Part shown: piece after piece, positions 1 to 10,677 of the stretch
How the letters are laid out: each line of letters opens with the position of its first letter
Numbering within the stretch: position 1 is the stretch's first letter
Assembly: GCA_963750165.1 (NCBI GenBank)
Contig: CAVVPN010000003.1
Span: 640,001-704,000 of the forward strand
DNA length: 64,000 nt
Direction: 5' to 3'
Origin: an uncultured Gemmataceae bacterium
Lineage (GTDB): Bacteria; Planctomycetota; Planctomycetia; Gemmatales; Gemmataceae
Made by a program: the position numbers and the translations under genes
The notes under the pieces: generated by a model
The model's database searches: none
What the model saw: the letters and a program-made list of their open reading frames with translations, nothing else
Told to the model about the DNA's origin: nothing

Positions 1-3000
1 TTCGCCGCGGACTTCAACGGCGCCACCTCGGACACAATCACCACGGCCGGGGCCGTCAACCTGAACGCCGGCACCGCCGGGACGTTCACCGTCAACAGCC
101 AGACGGGGACCACCCCGCCCTCGACCGTCTACACGCTCATCAACAATACCGGTGTGGCGGCCATCAGCGGCACGCCGCTGACGGGTGCGGCGGTAGGCGT
201 GCCGGTCACGATCAACGGCGTGCCGACCTTCGCCGACTACATCGGCGGGAACGGCCGCAGCTTCACTCTGACAGCCGCCGGCAACCCGACCCTCAACTAC
301 AACGGCGCCCTGATCGTTCGCAAGGACGTAACCGGCGGCGCGAATAACCTTCAGCTCGTCCAGAACGGCACCGTCGTGGACGAGCGGCCCCTGGCCAGCA
401 TCATTTCAGTCTACACCGTCAATTCCAACGCTGGCGGTCCCGGCGACAGCCTGACGGTCGATTACACGCCGGGCAGCACCGCCCCGGCCGGGCTGTTCGC
501 AACCAACATCGCCTACAACGAGACAGGCGCCACCCCTGCCAGCCTGACGGTCACCAGCGGCACCTTCGGCAAGCTCGTCTTCAACCCAACCGGCAGCACC
601 GCCGAGACGATCCAGGAGTTCACCAACACGGGCGACACCACGCCGGTGACGACCATCACCGCGACGGGCGTGAGCACGGTCAGCGACACCAGCACCAACA
701 CAGGTCTGGCGATCATCAACCTGCCCACCGGACCGAACGTCGCCACCCTGGCCGACGACGGCACCCCCGGCAACACCCTCTCCAAATTGAGTGGGTCCAC
801 CCTCCCCGCGACCAGCTTCGCCAACCCCGCCAGTTCGCTGACCATCAACCGCGGCAGCGCCGCGGACACCCTGACCATCAACGCGCTACCTGACCTCACT
901 GCGGGCCTGACGCTGGGCACCGCGGCCAACCCGTTCGGCACGCTGACCTTCAGCGGCGCCGTCACCCTGGCCGCGGGCAACAGCCTGGCCGGGGACGCCA
1001 CCGCCGCCATCAACTTCACGGGCGGCGGTGTCTTCGCCACCTCCGGCAGCGGCACCGTCGCACTGACGACGGCCACCAGTATTGCGCTGGCGTCCGGCTC
1101 CAGCATCACCACCGGTTCCGGCAACCTGACCCTGACGGCCAACAGCGCCGGCACGACGGCGGGCACCTTCGTCGGCATCACCGTCAACGGCGCCACGCTC
1201 CAGAGCGGCACGGGCACCGTGCTGCTGCAGGGCACCGGCGGAACGACCGGCAGCAATGACATCGGCGTGGAGATTCAGGGCGGAGGCAGGATCCAGACCA
1301 CGGCTGCCAGCGGTACGGTCACCGTCCTGGGCACCGGCGGCGCCGGCTCCAGCAACGACTACGGCGTCTACGTCACCGATGCCAATTCCAGGATCACGTC
1401 GAGCGGTGGCACCGTCGCCGTCACCGGCCAGGGCGGCTCCGGCTCCTTCGGCAACAACTACGGCATCGACGTGGCCAACGCAGGCCAGGTGACCGCGGGC
1501 GGCACGGGCTCGGTCACCGTCCTGGGCACTGGTGGCACCGGCAGCAACAACTACGGCGTCTACGTCACCGATGCCAATTCCAGGGTGACCTCGGGCGGCG
1601 GCACTGTCGCCGTCACCGGCCAAGGCGGCGGCAACGCCGCGTCCTTCGGCAACAACTACGGCGTGGACGTGGACAATACGGCGCAGGTGACGGCGGGCGG
1701 AGCGGGCACGGTCATGGTGACCGGCACCGGCGGCGCCGGGTCCGGCAACAACTACGGCGTCTACGTGGCCGACGCGAGCCAGGTGACGGCGAGTGGCGCG
1801 GGCACGGTCACCGTCCTGGGCAGCGGCGGCTCCGGGCCGTTCGGCTTCAACTACGGCCTCTACGTGACCGGTTCGGGTTCCCGGATCACCTCGGGCGGCG
1901 GCACCGTCGCCGTCACCGGCCAGGGCGGCAGCGGCTCCGGGTCCGGCTTCAACTACGGCGTGGACGTGGACAGTGGCGGCCAGGTGACGGCGGGCGGCAG
2001 CGGCACGGTCACCGTCCTGGGCACCGGCGGTGCCACTTCGGGCGGCTTCAACTACGGCGTCTACGTGACGGATCCAGGCACCACGATCACCTCGGGCGGC
2101 GGGGCCGTGTCGGTCACCGGTCAGGGCGGCGGCTCCGGGTCCGCCAGCGGCGACGACGGTGTGTACCTGGCCAACGCGGGTCAGGTGACGGCGGGCGGCA
2201 CGGGCACGGTCACCGTCCTGGGCATCGGCGGGACGGGTTCCGGGGGCGCCGAAGACGGCGTTTACGTGAGCGACAGCGGGACGTTGGTGACATCGGGCGG
2301 CGGCAACGTGTCGGTCACCGGTCAGGGCGGCGGTTCCGGCTCCAGTGCCGGCGACATCGGTGTCATTGTCGATAACAGTGGCCAGGTGACGGCGGGCGGC
2401 AGCGGCACGGTTACCGTCCTGGGCACCGGCGGGACGGGTTCCGGAGGCGCCGAAGTCGGCGTCTACGTGACGGGCAGCGGAGCGATCACGTCGAGCGGCC
2501 AAAACGTTTCCATCACCGGCACCGGCGGCAGTACGACCACGCTTGGCATTCTGGTCGATACCCCCATCACCCTCGGTGGCAACACCACCCTGAACCACAC
2601 CGGCAGCGCTTCGCTGTCGATCAGCGCCCAGGTCACGCTCGGCACCTTCACGCTGACGGACAATGCCACCAGCCTCACCACGACCGGCACCATCTCCGGC
2701 CAGATCAGCGGCAGCGGCAGCCTGACCAAGCAGGGCACGGGGACGCTGACGCTCAGCGGCAGCAACACCTACACCGGCACCACGACGGTCAGCGCGGGCA
2801 CGCTGCTGGTGAACGGCAATGACTCGGCCGCGACCGGAGCGGTGGCGGTCAACAGCACGGGTACGCTGGGTGGGACGGGGACGGTCGGCGGGGCAGTGAC
2901 GGTGAACACTGGCGGGACGATCAACCCCGGCAACGGTGGCACCAGCATCGGCACCCTGACCGTCGCGGCGTTGACCTTCAATGGCGGCACTTTCGCCGCG

Positions 3001-3902
3001 GACTTCAACGGCGCCACCTCGGACACAATCACCACGGCCGGGGCCGTCAACCTGAACGCCGGCACCGCCGGGACGTTCGTTGTCAACAGCCAGACGGGGA
3101 CCACCCCGCCCTCGACCGTCTACACGCTCATCAACAATACCGGTGCGGCGGCCATCAGCGGCGTGCCGCTGACGGGTGCGGCGGTAGGCGTGCCGGTCAC
3201 GATCAACGGCGTGCCGACCTTCGCCGACTACATCGGCGGGAACGGCCGCAGCTTCACTCTGACAGCCGCCGGCAACCCGACCCTCAACTACAACGGCGCC
3301 CTGATCGTTCGCAAGGACGTAACCGGCGGCGCGAATAACCTTCAGCTCGTTCAAAACGGCACCGTCGTGGACGAGCGGCCCCTGGCCAGCATCATTTCAA
3401 TCTACACCATCAATTCCAACGCTGGCGGCCCCGGCGACAGCCTGACGGTCGATTACACGCCGGGCACCACCGCCCCGGCCGGGCTGTTCGCAACCAACAT
3501 CGCCTACAACGAGACAGGCGCCACCCCTGCCAGCCTGACGGTCGCCAGCGGCACCTTCGGCAAGCTCGTCTTCAACCCAACCGGCAGCACCGCCGAGACG
3601 ATCCAGGAGTTCACCAACGCGGGCGACACCACGCCGGTGACGACCATCACCGCGACGGGCGTGAGCACGGTCAGCGACACCAGCACCAACACAGGTCTGG
3701 CGATCATCAACCTGCCCACCGGACCGAACGTCGCCACCCTGGCCGACGACGGCACCCCCGGCAACACCCTCTCCAAATTGAGTGGGTCCACCCTCCCCGC
3801 GACCAGCTTCGCCAACCCCGCCAGTTCGCTGACCATCAACCGCGGCAGCGCCGCGGACACCCTGACCATCAACGCGCTACCTGACCTCACTGCGGGCCTG
3901 AC
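1..3902 (+). repeat. Near-identical intragenic direct repeat A: 1-911 vs 2992-3902
   Basis: Same sequence at a constant offset of 2991 bp, e.g. ttcgccgcggacttcaac at 1 and 2992, and gcgggcctgac at 901 and 3892. Confidence 0.95.
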
Positions 3903-6900
3903 CGTGGGCAGCAGCGGCAGTCCGTTTGCCACTGCCACCGTCAACGGCAGCTTCACGCTGAATACCGGCACGCAGAACCTGGCGATCAACGCCGGCGCGA
4001 TCAACCTCACCGGCGGGACGGCGACCGCCGGCAGCATCAATTTGACCGCCACGGGGGCCATCACCGAATCCGGGACCGGCACCCTGAGCACCACCGGCAC
4101 CTTGACGACCAGCTCGGCAACGGGAACCACTCTGGGCAACACCAATACCGTCAGCACCTTCACAGCCACCAACGCCACCAGTGGGAGCGTCAACCTGAAC
4201 AACAGCGCCGCGACCCTGGTCATCAGCGGCATCAACCAGAACGGCACCGTCGCCGGCTCCAACGTGAGCGTGACCAACGCGGGCGCCATGAACGTGATCG
4301 GTGCCGTCACCACCACGTCCGCCGCCAACGGCAACATCAACCTGACCTCGACCGGGGGGATGACCGTCAGCGCCGGAGTGAGCGCCGGCGGGTCCGGTAA
4401 CGTGACCTTGACGGCCAACAGCGCCGGCACGACGGCGGGCACCTTCGTCGGCATCACCGTCAACGGCGCCACGGTCCAGAGCGGCACAGGCACCGTGCTC
4501 CTGCAGGGCACCGGCGGAACGACCGGCAGCAATGACATCGGCGTGGAGATTCAGGGCGGAGGCAGGGTCCAGACCGCGGGTGCCAGCGGCACGGTCACCG
4601 TCCTGGGCACCGGCGGCGCCGGCTCCAGCAACGACTACGGCGTCTACGTCACCGATGCCAATTCCAGGATCACGTCGAGCGGCGGCACCGTCGCCGTCAC
4701 CGGCCAGGGCGGCTCCGGCTCCTTCGGCAACAACTACGGCATCTACGTGGCCAACGCGGGCCAGGTGACCGCGGGCGGCACGGGCTCGGTCACCGTCCTG
4801 GGCACTGGTGGCACCAGCACCGGCAGCAACAACTACGGCGTCTACGTCACCGATGCCAATTCCAGGGTGACCTCGGGCGGCGGCACTGTCGCCGTCACCG
4901 GCCAAGGCGGCGGCAACGCCGCGTCCTTCGGCAACAACTACGGCGTGGACGTGGACAATACGGCGCAGGTGACGGCGGGCGGAGCGGGCACGGTCATGGT
5001 GACCGGCACCGGCGGCGCCGGGTCCGGCAACAACTACGGCGTCTACGTGGCCGACGCGAGCCAGGTGACGGCGAGTGGCGCGGGCGCGGTCACCGTCCTG
5101 GGCAGCGGCGGCTCCGGGCCGTTCGGCTTCAACTACGGCCTCTACGTGACCGGTGCGGGTTCCCGGATCACCTCGGGCGGCGGCACCGTCGCCGTCACCG
5201 GCCAGGGCGGCAGCGGCTCCGGGTCCGGCTTCAACTACGGCGTGGACGTGGACAGTGGCGGCCAGGTGACGGCGGGCGGGACAGGCACGGTCACCGTCCT
5301 GGGCACCGGCGGTGCCACTTCGGACGGCTTCAACTACGGCGTCTACGTGACGGATCCGGGCACCACGATCACCTCGGGCGGCGGGGCCGTGTCGGTCACC
5401 GGCCAGGGCGGCGGCTCCGGGTCCGCCAGCAGCAACTACGGCGTGTACGTGGCCAACGCGGGTCAGGTGACGGCGGGCGGCACGGGCACGGTCACCGTTC
5501 AGGGCACCGGCGCCCCCACAACCGACAGCGGAAACTACGGCGTCTACGTGAGCGACAGCGGGACGTTGGTGACATCCACAGCCGGCAACATCTCGGTCAC
5601 CGGCCAGGGCGGCGGTAGCACCACGGTCGGCATCTTCATCGATACCGGGGCCGCGGTGACCGCACCGGGCGCATTTTCTGTGACGCTCTCGGCGCTGGGC
5701 GCGACCACCGGCGACATCTTCATTGCCGGCACGGTCAGCAGCACCACCGGCCCCATCCATGCAACGGCCGCCGGCAGCATCGGCTTCGACACCACCGGCT
5801 TCGTCTCCACCTCGACCAGCGCCGCCGGCGCCAACGTCACGCTGACCGCCTCCGCCACCGGCACCATTACCGAGGCCGGCACCAACACGACCGTGACCGG
5901 CAACGCCCTGGCGCTTACGGCCGGCGGCGGCATCGGCTCCAGCACCAATCCGATCGTCATGAACGGCACGACGTTGACCACGAACAGCGTGGCCAGCAAC
6001 GGCAACCAGTTCCTGGCCGAAATCCCCAGCGGTACAATCAAGCTGGTCACCGCCAACGCTCTCAACGCCGGCACCGGCACGATCGCGTTGCTCGGCGGCG
6101 ACTTCCAGATCACTGCCGCCGCGGCCGGCAACGCCATCGCCGACACCAGCCCACTCGCGGTCGAGTCGCCCGCCAGGCTTGACCTGAACAACAACAACGA
6201 AACGGTGTGGTCGCTGTCCGACGGCGGGGCCCTGGGGGGCAGCGTGACGCTCGGCAGCGGCACACTAACCACGGGCAACAACACCGCCAGCACCACCTTC
6301 AGCGGCGTCATCAGCGGCAGTGGCGGCCTGACCAAGGTCGGCAGCGACACGTTCACGCTTTCAGGCACCAACACGTACACTGGCGTCACCAACATCAACG
6401 GCGGCACGCTGACGGTCAGCAGTCCCGGCGACCTCAACGACACGGGCGCGGCCGCGGGCGGTGTGGTGCATCTGAACACAGCGGGGGTGACGCTCAACGG
6501 CGGCGGCGTCATCAAGGGCCAGGTGTCCATCCTGGCCAGCAACAACAGCATGACGGCCAACAACAGCCACGTCGATGGCGTGACCATCACCGTTCCCACC
6601 AGCGGCACCGGCATCACGGTGCCCGCGGGGGTTACCTTCGCCCAGATCGGCGTCAACAGCGGCGTCACGATCAACGGCGGCAGCGCCACCTCGACGGGCA
6701 TGCTGGTGCGTGGCAGCGCCAAAATAATCAATAGCAACGTGCTCGGACAAAATGTGGACATCAACGTCAACGGCGGCACCGCGGCGCTGCAGGGCGACAC
6801 GCTGACGCCCGGCACCGGCAACCTGGTCACCGGCTTGCTGGTCCAGGGCGGGGCCATCGTCGATGCCGGGCAGCTGACGGCGTCGGCCACGCCTTTGCCC

Positions 6901-8022
6901 AACGGCCCAGCCGGCAACGTCGGCTACTATGGCGACATCACCGGCCTGTTCAGCGGCACTCCGCTGGGTTCGAGCGCCCACAGCTCCGGCGGCAACACCT
7001 TCGGGACCTCGACCAACCCGTACGCCCTGGACACCTCGGCCACGGCCACGCTCAACCCGGGACCGAACATCCCGCAGGCCATCCGCGATGAGAACACCGG
7101 CACCGCCCCGTTCGGCGCCCTGCCGAACGGCGTCGAGCAGTCGTTCAACTACGGCGCCGCCGGCCCACAGCTGGGCCGCATGGACGTGACCGCCCAGAAC
7201 AACATCTTCAACGGCAGCGCCAACCTGCCGCTGTACCAGATTGAGCAGCTGATCTTCCACGACCTCGACGACTCCAGTGTCGGCTTCGTGACCTTCGGCA
7301 ACACGTCGGCGCCGGCGCCGTCGGTCGTGGGCAGCGTCACTTACTCGGCCAACTTCAAGCTGTCGGCGGCTCAGGGGGGCACGAGCACACTGGTAGCCGG
7401 TGCCAGCGGCAACGTCGGCAACGGCCAAAAATCGATCATCCGCTACATCCAGGTGACCTTCAGCAGTTATGTGTTCCTCGACCCCGGCTTGCAAACCGCC
7501 AACGCCAATAACGGGCTGAACCTGATCGAGGTCAACGGCCCCTACTACCAGACCAACACCGACCCGACAAAGGGCCGGTTGATTCAAGCCACTGTGGCCA
7601 GCGCAGTGTACAACCGCACGACCGGCACTTACACGGTGACCTACACCTTCAGCGGCCCGGGCACGGAGTACGGCTCGCTGGAAGACGGCAACTACCAGTT
7701 GCAATTCAACAACGGGGCCATCCAGGGCGGCGGCCCGGGCGGGCCCGGTCTGTCGGTGCCGGGCGATCCGTTTGCCACCAGCCCCGCCTCGTTCTTCCGC
7801 TTCTTTGGCGACACGCAGGGCCGGGGCGAGGTGACCAACACCGATTTGTCACAGATGCAGCGTGCGGTGGGGACGCGGATCGGCATGTCCACTTACGTCG
7901 CGTACCTGGACTTCTCGGGCAGCGGCTACATCACCGGGGCGGACTACTACGCCTTCCAACGCCGCTACAGCTACAGGCTCAATGCCGACGGCACCGTGAC
8001 GCTGATCAATCCCAATCCGTGA
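1..8022 (+). CDS. Giant Gly/Thr-rich repetitive surface/adhesin-like protein (beta-helix repeats, autotransporter-associated beta-strand repeats, C-terminal dockerin/EF-hand-like module); 5'-truncated by the window
   Basis: Frame is open from base 1 (FAADFNGATS...), so the true start is upstream. It has ~29-aa 'VTVxGxGG..NYGVYV' repeats, two 'SGSGxLTKxGxxTxTLSGxNTYTG' passenger-type repeats and a C-terminal 'FFRFFGDTQGRGEV..D...YLDFSGSGYITGADY' motif. Confidence 0.85.
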   Translation, partial: FAADFNGATSDTITTAGAVNLNAGTAGTFTVNSQTGTTPPSTVYTLINNTGVAAISGTPLTGAAVGVPVTINGVPTFADYIGGNGRSFTLTAAGNPTLNYNGALIVRKDVTGGANNLQLVQNGTVVDERPLASIISVYTVNSNAGGPGDSLTVDYTPGSTAPAGLFATNIAYNETGATPASLTVTSGTFGKLVFNPTGSTAETIQEFTNTGDTTPVTTITATGVSTVSDTSTNTGLAIINLPTGPNVATLADDGTPGNTLSKLSGSTLPATSFANPASSLTINRGSAADTLTINALPDLTAGLTLGTAANPFGTLTFSGAVTLAAGNSLAGDATAAINFTGGGVFATSGSGTVALTTATSIALASGSSITTGSGNLTLTANSAGTTAGTFVGITVNGATLQSGTGTVLLQGTGGTTGSNDIGVEIQGGGRIQTTAASGTVTVLGTGGAGSSNDYGVYVTDANSRITSSGGTVAVTGQGGSGSFGNNYGIDVANAGQVTAGGTGSVTVLGTGGTGSNNYGVYVTDANSRVTSGGGTVAVTGQGGGNAASFGNNYGVDVDNTAQVTAGGAGTVMVTGTGGAGSGNNYGVYVADASQVTASGAGTVTVLGSGGSGPFGFNYGLYVTGSGSRITSGGGTVAVTGQGGSGSGSGFNYGVDVDSGGQVTAGGSGTVTVLGTGGATSGGFNYGVYVTDPGTTITSGGGAVSVTGQGGGSGSASGDDGVYLANAGQVTAGGTGTVTVLGIGGTGSGGAEDGVYVSDSGTLVTSGGGNVSVTGQGGGSGSSAGDIGVIVDNSGQVTAGGSGTVTVLGTGGTGSGGAEVGVYVTGSGAITSSGQNVSITGTGGSTTTLGILVDTPITLGGNTTLNHTGSASLSISAQVTLGTFTLTDNATSLTTTGTISGQISGSGSLTKQGTGTLTLSGSNTYTGTTTVSAGTLLVNGNDSAATGAVAVNSTGTLGGTGTVGGAVTVNTGGTINPGNGGTSIGTLTVAALTFNGGTFAADFNGATSDTITTAGAVNLNAGTAGTFVVNSQTGTTPPSTVYTLINNTGAAAISGVPLTGAAVGVPVTINGVPTFADYIGGNGRSFTLTAAGNPTLNYNGALIVRKDVTGGANNLQLVQNGTVVDERPLASIISIYTINSNAGGPGDSLTVDYTPGTTAPAGLFATNIAYNETGATPASLTVASGTFGKLVFNPTGSTAETIQEFTNAGDTTPVTTITATGVSTVSDTSTNTGLAIINLPTGPNVATLADDGTPGNTLSKLSGSTLPATSFANPASSLTINRGSAADTLTINALPDLTAGLTVGSSGSPFATATVNGSFTLNTGTQNLAINAGAINLTGGTATAGSINLTATGAITESGTGTLSTTGTLTTSSATGTTLGNTNTVSTFTATNATSGSVNLNNSAATLVISGINQNGTVAGSNVSVTNAGAMNVIGAVTTTSAANGNINLTSTGGMTVSAGVSAGGSGNVTLTANSAGTTAGTFVGITVNGATVQSGTGTVLLQGTGGTTGSNDIGVEIQGGGRVQTAGASGTVTVLGTGGAGSSNDYGVYVTDANSRITSSGGTVAVTGQGGSGSFGNNYGIYVANAGQVTAGGTGSVTVLGTGGTSTGSNNYGVYVTDANSRVTSGGGTVAVTGQGGGNAASFGNNYGVDVDNTAQVTAGGAGTVMVTGTGGAGSGNNYGVYVADASQVTASGAGAVTVLGSGGSGPFGFNYGLYVTGAGSRITSGGGTVAVTGQGGSGSGSGFNYGVDVDSGGQVTAGGTGTVTVLGTGGATSDGFNYGVYVTDPGTTITSGGGAVSVTGQGGGSGSASSNYGVYVANAGQVTAGGTGTVTVQGTGAPTTDSGNYGVYVSDSGTLVTSTAGNISVTGQGGGSTTVGIFIDTGAAVTAPGAFSVTLSALGATTGDIFIAGTVSSTTGPIHATAAGSIGFDTTGFVSTSTSAAGANVTLTASATGTITEAGTNTTVTGNALALTAGGGIGSSTNPIVMNGTTLTTNSVASNGNQFLAEIPSGTIKLVTANALNAGTGTIALLGGDFQITAAAAGNAIADTSPLAVESPARLDLNNNNETVWSLSDGGALGGSVTLGSGTLTTGNNTASTTFSGVISGSGGLTKVGSDTFTLSGTNTYTGVTNINGGTLTVSSPGDLNDTGAAAGGVVHLNTAGVTLNGGGVIKGQVSILASNNSMTANNSHVDGVTITVPTSGTGITVPAGVTFAQIGVNSGVTINGGSATSTGMLVRGSAKIINSNVLGQNVDINVNGGTAALQGDTLTPGTGNLVTGLLVQGGAIVDAGQLTASATPLPNGPAGNVGYYGDITGLFSGTPLGSSAHSSGGNTFGTSTNPYALDTSATATLNPGPNIPQAIRDENTGTAPFGALPNGVEQSFNYGAAGPQLGRMDVTAQNNIFNGSANLPLYQIEQLIFHDLDDSSVGFVTFGNTSAPAPSVVGSVTYSANFKLSAAQGGTSTLVAGASGNVGNGQKSIIRYIQVTFSSYVFLDPGLQTANANNGLNLIEVNGPYYQTNTDPTKGRLIQATVASAVYNRTTGTYTVTYTFSGPGTEYGSLEDGNYQLQFNNGAIQGGGPGGPGLSVPGDPFATSPASFFRFFGDTQGRGEVTNTDLSQMQRAVGTRIGMSTYVAYLDFSGSGYITGADYYAFQRRYSYRLNADGTVTLINPNP
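1129..5577 (+). repeat. Near-identical intragenic direct repeat B: ~1129-2295 vs ~4405-5577
   Basis: Offset is 3276 bp, rising to 3282 after a 6-bp in-frame insertion near 4816 (acgttggtgacatc at 2281 and 5563). Confidence 0.9.
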
Positions 8023-8027
8023 CCCAG

Positions 8028-8139
8028 CGAAGAGCCTCGACGCCTGCCGGGCAAGCCGGCAAGCGTCGAAGCTCCGCTTCCTTTGCGACACCAACGAAAC
8101 GAGTGGGCGGGTGCGATGAAGCACCCGCCCGTTTCGTTT
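8028..8139. terminator. Two hairpins between convergent genes (candidate bidirectional terminator/REP)
   Basis: tcgacgcctgccgg..ccggcaagcgtcga and aacgaaacgagtgggcgggtgc..gcacccgcccgtttcgtt inverted repeats. Confidence 0.5.
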
Positions 8140-8173
8140 CATGGCCCGGCAGCGATCCCTCCCCGACGCCCGC

Positions 8174-9604
8174 TCACGGGAAGTTGACGATGGTTTCGTC
8201 CCAGGTGACAGTGGGGCTGTTCAGGGTCTTGGTACCCGATCCGGTACCGAAGTTGATGTAAGCGCTGTCGAGACTGGTGCCGGCAGCAATATCCAGTTCA
8301 CGGATGCCGTTCTTGAACAGGACGTTCAATGCAAAGACGTTGGCGATGGCGTTATTGATCATGACCGTGTCGTGGACCGTGCCGCCGGTGAACGACAGGG
8401 TGCGGCCGAGAACCTGGGCCCCGGCATCGAGCGTGAAGGTGTTGGTGCCGTTGCCCATGGTCATGGTGACCGACTTGCCGACCGTGGTGCCGGTGAAGAA
8501 CTCGACCGCGTTGCCGCCGGCGCCCAGGTTCAGGTTCACGGTGCCGCCGACGGTGAGGGGACCGGGCAAATTAAAAAAGGCTCCTCCGTTGTTTCCCAGA
8601 TCGACGGCGTTGGCGCCGTTGCCCGCGGTGACGCTGAGGTTGCCGCCAATGGTGCCGCTGAGGCTCACCTGGGTGCCACCGTTGCCGGCCAGGATAGTGA
8701 GGCTGCCGCCCACGAACGTGCCGGTGTCCATGTTCACCAGGCTCGGCAAGATGGGACCGGCGCCGGTCCCCATAATGAGGGTCATGCTGCCGCCCACCGA
8801 GCCGTGTGGCGGGCCCGCCGGCGTGTTGAAGAGCGAGACGGTGTCACCGTTGTTCGAGCCCATGAAGTTCACGTTGCCGCCCACCTGGCCGATAATGACC
8901 AGGTTGGACAGGATCGGCTGATTGGCGTTGCTGACCATCACGTTCCCGCTCACCGAGCCCCCGACAAACGAAAACTCCCCGATGGTGACCTGGGCGGCGG
9001 CTGAGGCGTTCAGGTTCCCGCTCACGACACTCCCTGGAGCGATGTTGATGGCGTTTCCCAGGAACCCCGTTTGCGAAGCCCCCGAGAACGTGACGTTGCC
9101 ACCGACGGTGACGGCCGTGGTCGCGGGCATCAGCGAAGTGGGAGTGGCTTGCCCCACATTGAAAACCTCTTGCCCCGACCCTTGCTGGACGTAAACCGAG
9201 CCGTTGACGTGGTCGGCAGCTGTGCCGTTGCCGAAGACCGAGACGGACAGCAGCGAGCCCCCCGTGACGCCCTGCCCCAGGCTCAAATAAATACTGCCCG
9301 GGAACGTGCCGCCGTTCAGATCGACGAAGATGTTCTCACGGTAGGACATCAGGTTGAGATGGAGATCTTTGGTGAGAGCGAAGGTGCCGATGTTAGTGCC
9401 GCCGGTGAGCGTCGTCACGTTCGCTCCGTCTAGCACCTGGTAATTGGTGCCATTGCGGATGACGAGCAGGGCCTGCCCGGTTCCGCTGCCGGTCGGTGTG
9501 CCCGAGAGGCTGAGTGTGCCCTGCGAAAAAACAGTTTTCAGCGTGGGGCACCAACGTTCTTCCAGAATTTCCAGGGACGGACGGAATCGGTTGTGTTTCT
9601 TCAT
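8174..9604 (-). CDS. Secreted beta-helix-like protein with planctomycete extracellular-type N-terminal motif
   Basis: N-terminus MKKHNRFRPSLEILEERWCP; repeated 'xGGNVT/VGGSLT...GNGxN' Gly/Asn/Thr-rich strands; 476 aa. Confidence 0.8.
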   Translation of the reverse strand: MKKHNRFRPSLEILEERWCPTLKTVFSQGTLSLSGTPTGSGTGQALLVIRNGTNYQVLDGANVTTLTGGTNIGTFALTKDLHLNLMSYRENIFVDLNGGTFPGSIYLSLGQGVTGGSLLSVSVFGNGTAADHVNGSVYVQQGSGQEVFNVGQATPTSLMPATTAVTVGGNVTFSGASQTGFLGNAINIAPGSVVSGNLNASAAAQVTIGEFSFVGGSVSGNVMVSNANQPILSNLVIIGQVGGNVNFMGSNNGDTVSLFNTPAGPPHGSVGGSMTLIMGTGAGPILPSLVNMDTGTFVGGSLTILAGNGGTQVSLSGTIGGNLSVTAGNGANAVDLGNNGGAFFNLPGPLTVGGTVNLNLGAGGNAVEFFTGTTVGKSVTMTMGNGTNTFTLDAGAQVLGRTLSFTGGTVHDTVMINNAIANVFALNVLFKNGIRELDIAAGTSLDSAYINFGTGSGTKTLNSPTVTWDETIVNFP

Positions 9605-9694
9605 GGAAGGTTCTCATTTCTCCATTCGGTTGTGCTCTCCGCCCGCCGTTTGTCGCCAGGCGGCAAAACCACGCACCGCTACATCATGGTGGTG

Positions 9695-9889
9695 TTAGAT
9701 TGAAGAGGCACCTGGACCAGGATCATCACGGTATGTCCGGATCAGCAGGTACTGGCCAGAGGCGTTGCCGGCGCTGGGACTGCCGGTAGGCGAGAGCGTG
9801 CCCGCCAACAGGCTCACCCTGGCGAGCGTCGGACGGGTGAGGTCTTCAGGAGGTTCCAGGGCGGGGTGGAAGCGAAGGCGGCGGTACAT
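9695..9889 (-). pseudogene. Truncated, degenerate paralog of the N-terminus of 8174-9604
   Basis: MYRRLRFHPALEPPEDLTRPT...GTLSPTGSP..G..SGQYLLIR aligns with MKKHNRFRPSLEILEERWCPT...GTLSLSGTP.G..TGQALLVIR, then stops. Confidence 0.6.
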
Positions 9890-10477
9890 GTCAAGTGTTC
9901 TCCGTTGCTGGTACTCGGTCAGACACTCCTACCTAAGCTGGAAAGTCCCCGGAACCCGGTCGCGCTTTTGGGGGGGGATGTTGTTTCTGGGGGCTTTGCC
10001 TCGTGGTTAGCATTTCCACCAAGTTTAACGATGCCGCAATGGGCTACAAGGTCATTACCGTTGGTAAAATCCACAAATGGTTGAGGCGCTGGGCTAACAT
10101 TTTTTGCAATCCGCTTCTTCGGAAATTACTCTACACAAGCTGCAAACGGCGCACATCTGCTATTGGTTACAACCGAGACTTTTTCCCAACCTGGGTGTCG
10201 CGGACCGGATGTAATATTGGATAAAGTTTCTGGAACCGTTGTTACCGGCACAACAGGCCGCTGGGAACAACCCCCCGAAACCGATCAGTGCGTGCAACCA
10301 GAAGGGATGCCCGCGCCGTCGTCGGCGCCCCATTCGGCCTGTCCGCGCCTCCAGTTACCTCGGATTCCGTCGCTGACATCCTCCGGTGGGCCGACGCCCA
10401 CAAAAACCGCACCGCTGCAGCTGCCTCCGGAGCGCTATCTCGACCTGCGCAACGTGGCTTGATCGTTCTTGTTTCGA

Positions 10478-10529
10478 GTCCGAGCCCGAGCGCCAGCGCG
10501 GGGCCCCGCGCTGGCGCTCGGGCTCGGAC
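10478..10529. repeat. Perfect 52-bp palindrome (REP-like), copy 1
   Basis: gtccgagcccgagcgccagcgcgggg|ccccgcgctggcgctcgggctcggac is its own reverse complement. Confidence 0.9.
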
Positions 10530-10677
10530 CAACCGCGAAATGCATGGCGATTCTGGATGAGGCCGCCGCTGGCGTTCATGGCTTTTGTCTGCATCTGTGG
10601 CTATCTGTGTCATCTGTGGATCGGTTCTCTTGTTTTGCCGCGGAACGCTGCCATAATGAACGCGATAGCTGTGCCCC

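Noticed and set aside
1129..5577. Diversity-generating retroelement TR/VR pair
   Set aside because: No reverse transcriptase in the window, the differences are not adenine-specific, and both copies are in-frame parts of one gene.
886..7704. Long minus-strand ORFs (822, 627, 457, 447 aa)
   Set aside because: Antisense shadows of the repetitive adhesin gene.
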